A DNA stretch of 64,000 bases, taken from Ruditapes philippinarum (Eukaryota). Made by a program: the position numbers and the translations under genes. The first letter of the stretch is position 1, and the number at the start of each line of letters is the position of its first letter. The notes beneath the pieces are model-generated. The model had not been told where the DNA came from. It was given only the letters and a program-made list of their open reading frames with translations, and ran no database searches. Shown here piece after piece: positions 22,374 to 34,600 of this stretch. The DNA is taken from assembly GCF_026571515.1 (NCBI RefSeq), contig NW_026866698.1:62001-126000 (forward strand), given 5' to 3'.

Positions 22374-25300
22374 TCATACGTCCTTCATCATTATAGTGTA
22401 AAACTCTGAAACAGAAACAATACATGATGCTGTTGGCTGACATTTTTAAAGCAACATACCTCTAGATTCAGAGTAATTTGCATTTTTAATGCATTTAAAA
22501 AGTTAAATATAATTGTCAAGTGAACAAAGAAAATAATTTACACATTGAAACCGGCACTTAAAATTTACGAAAATTATCAAAAATAGGTCAGAATATAGCC
22601 CTTACTGCGCTAGTCACGCAGTAGAAACATATGGTGAATAAATTTAGCAAAATCAATTACATTTGTGTTATAATTGCATATAACATATAAATCATTTCTT
22701 GAATTGTAAATAGTTTTGACTTTTCTTAAAACATTAGTACATTTTTTTCAAAGTTGATTTTCTTCACATTCTTTGGCTCATCTTGAGGCATGTAACTTTA
22801 AAGTTAATTAAATTTTTCTTTAATCTTGACAAAACCATTCATTGTTGAATGAATAGTAAACAATGCAGATACAGTGCAGACCATATAAATCCAGTCTGGT
22901 GAGTTGGCTAATTTAGGACTGCACTGCATGCCGCAAGCTTGCAAAGGGTTGAAGAGAAATTGGATATGCTTTCTAAATGTTCACTCAATTGATATTTTGC
23001 GCTTAGATGCTGAAGTTTATACTCATTTTAATTATACATTGGAAAAACGGTGTGGCTGCCTATATTTAAAAAATCCAAAAAATTGTTTGGTATTTTGGCT
23101 ATTTTTCAGAGCAAATTGAATTGAAACCGCTGCCATAAAAAGGTAGTCTGTCAAAATTAGCAGAATTAGAAAATTTTTGAGATATAACAATTTTAAACGT
23201 TACCACGAGACAGTCACTGTCACATGCTTCTTATGTATGTTATAATATGGTGACTATTAAGTTAGCAAACAAAAATACCTGAAAGGGTTTTGAGCTACAA
23301 CTTTTGAAATCATTGTATAAATTTTATAAACTGTTTTTATATATACACCATTATGTCGATTTTATAAGAGTTGTAACATGTAATTTAATATTTCGTGCAT
23401 GGGTTAGTCCTTCCTAAACAAATTTACAATCATATTTCTTTCATACTAGTATTTAAAAAATATTCTTTTAAACTTCAATCGATAATTTAGTTAACTACAG
23501 ACTGCAGATATATAATTAGTTATACAAGTTGGTGACGGGATATACGGGAGAATATAACCTGGATAAGATAAATATGATCCGAGGCCTTTTTGTCGAGGCG
23601 TTAGCAAGGGGTTATATATTATGATATTTATGTAACACACACCAAACACAAAAAGATGTTTTCCGTGTCTCATGTTGTTGTGTTTTTTTTTGTTGTTGTT
23701 TTTATTGTGGTTGTTGTTTTGTGTGTGTATGCGTGCGTGCGTGTGCGTCTTACCGGGTATTTCAATTTATTGGCCATATAGCTAAACCATCTTATAAGTT
23801 ATATGTATAGTAATCTAGTATTTTGTATTGAATTCAAAATTCACGTTTAGTACTACTTACACCCGATGATAAACATCTAATATGCTTAAGAGGGTGTTTT
23901 TATTAATATTAAAACATCACTAACACATGTTTGTTACTTCTATAGAAGGAAAAAAATCATATTGGAGGCATTAAGGTGCCTTTAAGGTGCGATATTTTAT
24001 GCAAATGGATTTGTCTGGGTGATGATTACTATTCACCTATGCTATCAATATCTTTAGTAACTAGTACACCCTCCTGCGATAGTTAAAAATATTCGTGACT
24101 TCAATACAAAACATGTTTTTTTACATAGTTCATACATTTATGTTACATCGGTTTTAAACAGATATAAATAGTTTTATAATTTTATTTAATCAAGAAAAGT
24201 TAAAATGTGTATTTTATTTATTTATTTATTTATTTTATGTCATGTAAACCAAGTGATTTAGTAAGATATATTATGGTATACTGAATTTCCCACTTAATAT
24301 GGTAAACCTAACGTTGCTTGAACAAAAGGAGTCATTCATTTTTTTGCAATTCGCAAAATATAGTTTTTTTCACATACTTTTACAGTCGAACCCGAGTTAA
24401 AGATCACCTCAAAATAAAGCCCGACAATTTAGATAAAGACCAGTATTTGATAAACCTTCATTGATAAAGACCACTTGTCTATAATGACCATGAGTAGTCT
24501 CTCCTTTGTATGTCCATTATTCACAGGTTTGACTGTAGATGACATCACGGCGGAGTCACATGACCATCCGAGACACCTTATTTCCGTATACCCTTCCGCG
24601 ACCATACGATTCTATTTGACCCTGCCCAAAATTACCTTTCCACGTCATTTTCCCTGCTTTTTCTGTTTCGGCTTCTTTTAACATTTCACTAACTTCCTCA
24701 TCTGTTAATTTTTCTCCCAACTGATACATTGCATGCTGTAGATATACAAAACACGATGTTAATATGCCGGAATTTCTTGTGATAACGAAGTTGCATAAAA
24801 GAACCCGAGGTGAGAACAACAAAAAGTATGCAAACAAGACACTATACTAAAACAATGTTATATTCTTATAACATAACTTAAAAGATTCAATGTTTGGACA
24901 ATGTAACGTCTATTACGAGTACGGTAAATTTATACCGTTGTATCCGGATATCGTTATATCTGAGAGCCAACCAATTGGAAACAATGAAAAACGCGACCAC
25001 ATCATCGTTATAAGCGGTATATCGTTTTAAACGATATCGTTATACGTGGAGTTTACTGTACATGTAATTGATAAGCATGCATGTAGCAGAGGTGTAATTC
25101 TATATCTTCTAGCTTAACAAATACATGTATATAGCTACAAACCTTCAGATCTGCATGTGTTACAAAACCTGATCCTTCTCTATCAAAGATTTCAAAGGCT
25201 TCTTTAATTTCAGCTTCGTGATCAACATCGTTCATCTTTTTAGCCATCATCATAAGAAATTCCTCAAAATCTATTTCACCATTACCTTTTAAAGCAAGCA

Positions 25301-28300
25301 GCATTGCACATGTTAGAGCTGTATCTATAATAGCTATTCTGAGCCAAAATCAAGTATCAGTTTCATTTAATGTGGTGTTTTAAAAAGGTATTAATTCATA
25401 TCGGGTACAGATAATTTGTTTAACATTCTTGTCTTCCATTAGGGAATACACTATAATCTTTTAATATTTATATAAAGTGGTTTAGCTTTCCAACTTAAAA
25501 ATTCTTGTCTTTCACCTCTGTGGGGTAAAATCCTTGCAGGCACTTTGGATTCATTTATGTGAGGAAGCTATCCAGATAGCCAGCGTAATGTCAGTGGTTC
25601 TATACTCGGGTGACCGTATGAACATAACAGTGTCGATATTACTTAACACCCCCCCCCCACACACACACACACACCAAACAAACAACAACAACAAACAAGC
25701 ATAAATAGTTCATAATGCTTTTCTGCTATTCGGAGCGTTTGAATACAAAAAGTTTTGTTTTCGAGGAATGTTAAATGAAATAAACTCACTGGTAATATTT
25801 TCCAGCTCCGTTTCCCTTAGGGATAATCTTTACAGATTTTTGTTTCTCTATAGTGAGAAAGTTAACTCCTCATCTTATAACTATGGGCTGAGCAGTTATA
25901 CAATTTACGTTCTAAAAAGCCTGGCTATAAATGAATATAAATTTATGTAAGTTACTACATTAAAATGCACTAAATTATTACCGTCAACATCCACTTCAGC
26001 TACCATCTCAATCAGTTCTTTCTGAGAAGGATCTAAACCAAACGATCTCATTACAGTTCCGAGTTCTTTCGTTGTCATGGTACCATCCCCATCCTTGTCA
26101 AACAGACTGAATGCTTCCCTAAATTCTTCAATTGAAACAAAACTTTATTTGGTGCTATAAATTAAAAAAAAATTAAAATCTCTCCATAGTTTTGGACATA
26201 GATTTACAGTTTTCGGACACACGTTAATTCTGAATTTTAAGTTCAAACATTTATTTTGTCATTTACATTGAAAGCATATATGGAATTAAGTAAATTTAGA
26301 TACATATCCTATCTATTGTTTACTTTCACTCTCTAATCATAGTTTAATATATCGTTAGAAGCTTGTAGCTGGAAGCTGGTAGGTGGGCAAAACCAACCAG
26401 AATACCCTTAAACGATAGAAAATGTTCAATATGCAATACTCTTGAAGACGAATACCATTTTGTTATTGAATGCTCATTATATACAATATTAAGAAACACA
26501 CACAAGAAGTTTTGGAACAGACCAATTATGTATAAATTTATAGAATTATTAAATTCAGAAAATAAAAAAGTGATAAGAAACCTAGGGATATTCGTTGAAA
26601 AAGCTTTTAAACTTAGAAATTTTATCATTTAATTATTTGTTAAAATTATAATTATTTTTGTTAATACCATTAGTTGAAACAATCTTATGTAGTCATTAAT
26701 ATAATGTTAAAAATACATTGTGTAGCATGCATATTTATTTTATTGTATGCTATGTGCTCATTTTGTTGAAATATCTCATCTTTATATGAACATATTAGAA
26801 TGAACATATTAATGACAATAAGTCATTTTGAACATGATTGTTAATTTATAACATACATGTATTATCAGTCTTGCAGTTTCCTTTCGGTAAGACCGATATG
26901 TTTATGCTATTACCATTACAAATGAATTAAATATGCATCAATTATATTCTATGTTTCTTGTCTTAGAATGTGGCAAGAATCGTTGATATATTCAGTACAT
27001 GTATGTACATGTATATAACCTATTTGATGAATGTATAGAATTTCACATGGGTTTAAAACTTTAAACATTTGTCAAATATATATGTTTTGGATAACATTTA
27101 TATCAATTGATACTATACATATATATGTAAGTTAAACACAACATTAATGTATTTATACTTGAAGAGATTGTCGTTATGACCTTCTCCGATATTATCATCA
27201 TGCTATGTTAAGTAATCCATATTTATTAATGTATGTGAACTGTTCGTTGTCTTGTACGTATTATGCTATTATCATGTCATCGTGGGCTTTTAAGCCTAAT
27301 ATGATTGAAATAAAATTATCTATCTATATCAGACTTAACTAATACATATAAACATTTAATTCTGATACAAATCGTTTGCCTCACTTATACACAAACATGA
27401 ATGGATGTCGATTCGATTGTCTATAAAAAAAAATAAAATATTTCTTTATTTTCTTATATTTTTACTAAAACAAACACTTATCCTATCGTGATATCATTTT
27501 CAAAAATGATATCTTTGTATACATTTTGGTCAAACAAAAAAATCTGTTAACGATATTACAGCTTTATCTCATTTTGTTAATTAACAAAAAAAGTTGACAT
27601 GCGGTAGTCTGGTTCCCTGCGGAAACGTAGTATAAGGGGAAGGAACTCCAGACTAACTGGTGTGAACCGTATATAATACTGTTTGGACATATTCGTTTTT
27701 TTCTGGTTTAAAACCTCGAGTATACCGTTTCTTTCAAGAGACAACATAAAATACATGTAGTGTATATACCTTAGTCAAGCTCATTCATAAAACAATATAC
27801 AATAAACATATACAACAAATGTTCGAAATATCAAATTTCAATACAGTACAAATTTACAATCATTGTATGTATGTATATATCTGTATGACTAGGCAAATCG
27901 TGAACATAGACAAAAACTGGACTAGAAGTAAACAAAAGATAATACATAAAGACTGAAACATTGATGAAATAAGTTATCTTACGGTCATCTAAAAAAAAAT
28001 ATAACCCTCCCTGAAGTATAATTGTTTCATGGTATAATTTACAAAATAGATTTGTACTTAAAGCTGCATGCCTCCAGATGAGCCATTTTTTATTTTTAGT
28101 TAATCAAACTTGAGATTTTAATAAAAGTATAAATATTCAAGATTCTAGTAATAATTTACATGTTATGTGTGATTTATGACTGATTTTGCGGTTTTTATCA
28201 CCATATTTCTATTACGTGACTAACGCAATAAGGGTTATTTTTGCATATTTTGACCTCATTTTTGGTAATTGACGTCAATTGTTATGGTCGTTTGCAATGT

Positions 28301-29977
28301 ATAAAATACTTTCACAATTCACTTCATAATCTTTAACTTTTAAATACATCTTCAAAATTTTATGAAAATTAGCATAAATCTGGAGGCATGCTTCTTTAAC
28401 TATGATTAAGGTTTTTTTAATCGACATACTTTTATTATCTTTTCGTGCTGAGACACTTTATAAACGAATCTTTAAAATTGTCAAGTTACTTGTTTTACAT
28501 GTATACGATAGCTAATAAAATGACGGAATTTAATCAATAAATTATATATTCCCGGTTATTTATAATGAAATTGATGTAGGTAACCCTTATCTAGAGCACG
28601 CAATGAATTATTTTAATCAGTGTGTATCTTTGTGATCAAAATATTTTCTAAAATGAGCCGCGCCATGACAAAACCAACATAATGGGCTTGCGACCAGCAT
28701 GGATCCAGACCAGCCTGAGCATCCGCGCAGTCTGATCAGGATCCATGCTGTTCGCTTACAAACCCTATTATAAGTAAAGAAACTGATAGCGAACAGCATG
28801 GATCCTGATCAGACTGCGCAGGTGCGAAGGCTGGTCTGGATCCATGCTGGTCGCAAACGCACTATGTTGGTTTTGTCGTGACGCGGCTCAAATTAATTTC
28901 ATTAAAATATGACAGTTGTTTATTTGACAAGTTTATAAACTGAATAATGATCTATGACAATACCATTTGTGTACTTTGGATGGAAAAGATTTTTTCCACG
29001 AGATTTTCAATTATTTTGAATATCTATTTTGAGGTTATTTTAGTTTGGTTTACGTTAACATGGGCTTACGGCTTGTGTAAATATGTTAAGTAAGAAAGCA
29101 CACAGCTTTTCACTGAATGTAAATAATAACTTAATATATCCTGTCGCAAATATTGTCACAGGATAAAAAATGACCACTGCTTCAAAAGAAAGTCTGCATA
29201 TTGGATCATTTTTATAAAAGAAAGAAAAACATTTCAAATGTAATTGACCTATCTGTTGGAAAGATTTAATTTAAAACAAGATTGTTTGATGAAGCTAAAT
29301 AAAACACTGACCACTTACACAGAGTTTATTGTATACTTATAAATGAAATATTGAGAAATATTTATGAAATAAAATTTGCATTTTCATTTATCGTATTTTC
29401 ACTGTCAAATTTTTTTTTCACTGCAGTGAAACATATTTTCCGTATTTTCACTGGTATCTTGTCGGACTATTTTCTTCTAATTTCAGCCAATACAAAAAGT
29501 GGATGCCTCAAACTGTAATGTCAAAAATAGAAACGGCATGTTCCTGATAGGGTTTGAACCCACACAGATTACTATTTAGATTACCAGCCCGATGTGTTTA
29601 CCACTCGCCCATGCTACCACTTTAAGAGTTCACCAAGCTAACTCATCATCAGAAAAAAATAAACAAACAAAAAAACTTTGTAATGTGAAATATAAAACAA
29701 CGAGATTACCTTCGATTTGTTCTTCCGATAGATTTAAAGAGTCCTGAAATTAAATGTTTATATGGTTAAATTTTGTTTCATTTTTATTGACATAACAACA
29801 CACTTGAAAAAAGTACAACCACTCAATTTACGATAATTTCAGTTATGTCAAGTTAATCGTTAAACATTTCAAAATTTAAAATGCTTCGTGCATAGATAAA
29901 ACACATTTTTTTTTAAATTTCATTATTCATTACAATAATTAAGAGTTTAGTAATAATTTTATTTAATTTCTTACCAT
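22374..29977 (-). CDS. Calmodulin-like EF-hand protein 1, 6 exons, 151 aa
   Basis: Minus-strand exons 29975-29977 (ATG only), 29710-29743, 25982-26125 (144 nt), 25143-25285, 24636-24735 and 22374-22405 total 456 nt in frame. Protein: [151 protein letters not shown]. Confidence 0.92.
22450..22797. mobile_element. TTAA-flanked MITE family B (Kolobok-like), degenerate copy
   Basis: TTAA|AGCAACATACCTCTAGAT ... ATCTTGAGGCATGTAACT|TTAA. The interior matches the copies at 28062 and 49421 (inverted) and 33955. Confidence 0.7.
24921..25058. mobile_element. Small Tc1/mariner-type MITE with ATATCGTTAT internal repeats
   Basis: TA|CGGTAAATT...GAGTTTACTG|TA with repeated ATATCGTTATA motifs. Confidence 0.5.
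26360..27330 (+). mobile_element. 5'-truncated non-LTR retrotransposon (CR1/L2-group) 3' end, antisense within calmodulin-like gene 1 intron 2
   Basis: The frame 26369-26632 reads [42 protein letters not shown]...[10 protein letters not shown], the C-terminal CCHC zinc-knuckle region of LINE ORF2. It is followed by an AT-rich 3' UTR ending AATAAAATTATCTATCTAT. Confidence 0.8.
28062..28395. mobile_element. TTAA-flanked MITE family B (Kolobok-like), best-preserved copy; partial copies at ~33955-34162 and ~49421-49748
   Basis: TTAA|AGCTGCATGCCTCCAGAT ... ATCTGGAGGCATGCTTCT|TTAA. Confidence 0.8.
28655..28889. mobile_element. Fold-back MITE family A, copy 2 (235 bp)
   Basis: AAAT|GAGCCGCGCCATGACAAAACCAACAT ... 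ATGTTGGTTTTGTCGTGACGCGGCTC|AAAT, with ~100-bp TIRs. Confidence 0.9.
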
Positions 29978-30837
29978 ATTTTACAGAAAACGTCTGTGCA
30001 AACTGCTCCTTTTATCCAAATTAATTTAATTATATTCCACCGAAGAACACTTTAATAATGAATCAATGAGATTTTAATTTCTGTGACTCCCATGAACTTA
30101 ACATAGGTCAAAGATTACTTAAATGTATTCATTTACAAAAGTTAAAAAAGAATTAAACGGCGATTCTTGTGGCTTTAAATTTTATAAGTGTTATGTGTGG
30201 TCCTCGTTCAAAAGGTTGCAGATAATTTAAGTATCAAAATCTAATATAACCTTTTTATTTAATACTCTTTGCTAGCTATGACCGTACACTGATTTATCGA
30301 TGACAGGTTAAATTGATTAAATGATTAATCCTTAATTTTAAATTTTAATATTCCGCGTATTATAAGATTATTCAAAGTGTTTAACATTTACAATCATCGA
30401 GCTAGTTTTCTGTAGCGATCATAAACGATCGGGTAAAAACGTCTTTTCAATTTGTGACAAATTTTTATAGCAAATAGTTAATCGATGCTATTACACACGT
30501 GAAAACCGACATGAAAACGCTATTAAGCGGCCGTTTCAGTCTATTGAAAGAGATACTATTTATGTAAATAAGAGGATACAATAAGTGGCCTTAAAGATTT
30601 GCATTTGATTATTCCTGTTTACTGATAAACACAATTTTTTATTACGTCAGCAAATACAAACATTTACGTTTGATGGTTATAAATCTACCTTTATATAATA
30701 TATATAAACAACATTGGCAGAGAAAGGCCAGCAGACATTAAAAAAATAATAAAAGTATATTTGTCGGCGTATGCATGCTTTGTTATCTTTTTAAAGTAGC
30801 AAACATATTGTTTTTGTTTTTTGTCATTGCGGCGGTG

Positions 30838-31142
30838 CCAATAAACACATTGGCGGTTTTCAAGTCAATAAACACACTAATGTATGTGACAATAAACACA
30901 TTGCTGATGTATATTTATTTATTCTTCATTTTGTGTATAAAAATATATACATTCATAAATAACAAACATACCATTAAGTTATAGAATTACAAGAGATTTA
31001 TATACATTTATATATGCAATTTACACAAATATCAACACATATAATACTGCATGTGTCAATAAATACATTCATGACGTGTCAATAAACAAATACATGACGT
31101 ATCAACACACACAATCATGACATGTCAATAAACACATTCATG
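30838..31142. repeat. Degenerate minisatellite built on CAATAAACACA
   Basis: (T)CAATAAACACA recurs about 8 times at 20-27 bp spacing in two clusters. Confidence 0.55.
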
Positions 31143-31607
31143 GTGCCTTAATTGAATGTTACACTCATCCGATATCGATTGTCCTGACGCCTCTTACTTA
31201 TAACATTTTAATGAAATCTTGAAAATGTATATAGCAGAATGTTTGTAGAGCTTTGTTGTTGTCGTCGGATTCTATATATAGCTTGTGGTGAACGTAAATC
31301 ACGTAATAGGCGAGTGCTACCTTTTATTGAGATAAACAATTCTATGGCAAAGTACAGAATAAAATATTCAAATGTAAATTTAGTCCAATGACCTTCTAAT
31401 GCTGATGATACGGTCTGCATATAGCATACTAGTAGTAACTTGATCAAGATTTATCAACTTTAAACCGCACCACAATAAATATACATAACACATGAATTTT
31501 TATAATAAAAATCAAGTCGCAAGATCACTTCTTTCATAAATCTACATATCTTGTTACTGAGAGATGATACTAAAAGGCGCTTTGGTATTCCTGTAATTAA
31601 TATTGCG

Positions 31608-34600
31608 TCACCGGCAAAGAATTGTTATAAAATCTGCAAAGAAATGTTTAAATGACATGTAAAGAAAATACATCAAAAGAAATTTAATTTTCGTTCTATT
31701 TTATGTAAAATAATACTATGATAAGATAAATAGGTTATCTTGTCATTGTAGTTTGTCATTATTTATATAGACGTAAAACATGTACATTGAGAGAAAATAA
31801 TTAAGTATATTAATACGAGAATATCGTACAATATCATTTTCAAAATAGTTTCCCCCGGTAAACTGAAAATGTGTCCACCAATATATAATGTGGTGTTGTA
31901 AGCAAAAATAAATTCAAAACTGAATGTGGTCACTGTTTTTATAGACATTTATGTTATAGCATGGGGTTATCATACATTTCTGAGTACAATACTGAATTTT
32001 ATTGGACGAGTATACAGTGTCAAAACTATATTGGACGAGACGTTAGCCGAGCCTGATATAGCTTTTGTAGGCGTGTACGAGTCCAATTAAATCAGCATTT
32101 TATTTAACAATGTGAAATGTTGTCTTTATTTCACATCACTAAATTTTTTACGTTTAACAGAACAATATGGATTTGATACGAAATTCTTGGACTCTGTATA
32201 TAGTTACATGGCTAGACGGAATACAACAGTTATTAGATATGGAAGTTTTGGAATGGTAAATCAAAAACGAAGCTATATTGATACGATTGGATCCAATAAT
32301 GATTTATATTATGATGTTATGGAAGTCCATTTTGTTTACATTTTATAAGAACACAAAATAATGCTATATAACAGTAACAAGTCTCTTTTCTCTTCCCCTC
32401 GGTATTGTGCGCGTTGTTAAGAAAGCACAGGGCTTCGGCAAAAGTTTTGAAAAACTCGAAATAGATAAAGACCAAAACTTGTATCTGCGGATCTGACTGA
32501 AGACGAGAAGATTGGCCATAAAAAGTAGGCAGGGGCGACTAGGAAGGGTGCTAGGGTGACTGAGCCCAATGCACGAAGTGACAGCTTGAAAGAAAGGCAG
32601 GCCCTTTGCTTGGCTCCAAAAGCATTTTCAGGGCTACACCACCTCTTTATATTTTCTCGATTTACCGTACATATAGGTTCATATTGGCCGCCGTAAAGTG
32701 ACCTACTTTTGGCTCAAATTTCCTCATATGTAATTTGTCATCATTCTGTGCTTCAAAATTATTTTTTTACGGGCTTGAGTGGTGACATGTCCGGAGACCG
32801 TATACTCGGCAGCAAGAACTGTCTTTTGTACCTTAAAAAGTCCATATTAAACATTGACTACCCCAGCAAACATACCTATCCAAACTTATTCATGGTAAAT
32901 GTACCTTAATGTTGTACGATTCAATGACTATATGCTCTTCCTTCGGGGAGCACAATGATGCCTTTTCCTTCACAACTTATATAGACAATTACTATTTTGT
33001 GAACGAGTCAATGATTATTTTACATGTTTTATTGGTTATAAAGAGTACCAGATATTTTGATATTGCCATTTTTGACAGAAGCCTCCTGTATCATCTCATC
33101 TACTTCCTCGTCTGACAGACGCTCACCCATGCTGCTCATGATCGTCCGGAGGTCTGTTACACTGATATAACCTTTGCCATTGTCAAAAACCTGCAAACAT
33201 TTATATAAAAAGGTACACTACTCCAATGAAGCCTTTTTTTGGATATAGCGGGACTGGAGGGTCCCCGCCCCCAAAATTTTTATACTATTTGGTGTAGGTC
33301 TATAAAAATAACTTATGTGCAAGAATTCAAGTCATGCTATATTCTATATCCTATATTTCTCTGTTATCATTTTATCATTTTACCGTCATAAGTGCACCAG
33401 CTGTAATATATTTTACAGGTTCGTCTTTTTTTTTTTGCTTTTGGACCACCTGTAATACTGTTTAATCAATTAATTTATAGCACAGCTTAGATAAAATTCA
33501 ACCAAACGATGAAACGATAATAAGTACTAATTGTCACGACTCCTATAACAATTTACCTTAAATGCTTCTTTAACTTCTTGTACATTTTCCTCACATGCTT
33601 CTTTATTAGCAACCATCATCAGAAATTCGTCAAAGTGGATATCAACTCTATCTGAAAAGAATAGTACATGTATTGATTTTCATTCCATTGCTTAAAGCAG
33701 CACACCTCCAGATTCATGCTAATTTTCATGTTAAAAAGAAAAAAAAGAAAGAAAAAAAAATACCCCTTCTGGGGTTTGAACCCACGCCCCCTCAGTTTCA
33801 ATACACTTTACAGTGATTTTAGCCTATTTGAATACTCTTCAAAGTGGAGACAGTGCATTAGGGGTGTACTACCTTAACAGGATAATATTGATAAGTTACC
33901 AAAAGAATGCAATTTACACATCATGGCACTAACAACCTATGTAAATTACTATAAAGAGGTCAAAATATGCAAAAATAGCCCTTACTGCGTTAGTAACGCA
34001 GTAGAAATATACTTATAAATACTGAAAATTTCGTCATTAATCGCATATAACATGTAAACTTTTCATATAATTTTGAATCTTTAAACATTTCCTAAAATCT
34101 TTGTACATTTTTCTCAGGCTTTACTTTATCGAAATATTTTGCTCATCTGGAGGCTCGCAACTTTAAATAGTACTCTATTGTTATTTTGGTGTTGCCTTTT
34201 TGTTTTTTGTTTTTTTATTTTTTTTGTTTGGTTTTGTTTTTTTAATAATTGTTATTGATATTGATTCATATGAAACATAAACATATGTAATATTCATTGA
34301 GATGGTTAAACGTGTTTTATGTTGTAGCACTATGCTATCAACTAAGGCAAAACTAATACCTCCCGCAAAAGTTGTATCCTAACAAGCTAAGTACTGTCGT
34401 AGTGTGTATATCTCCGTGGCGGGTAACTGTATCGAGGTCATTATCTCCCTTACATGTAATAACTGTCGTACTGTGTATATCTCCGAGGCGGGTTACTGTA
34501 TAGAGGCCATTATCTCCCTTACATGTAATAACTGCTGTGGTGTTATATCTCCGGGGCGAATAACTGTATAGAGGCCATTATCTCCCTTACATGTAATAAC

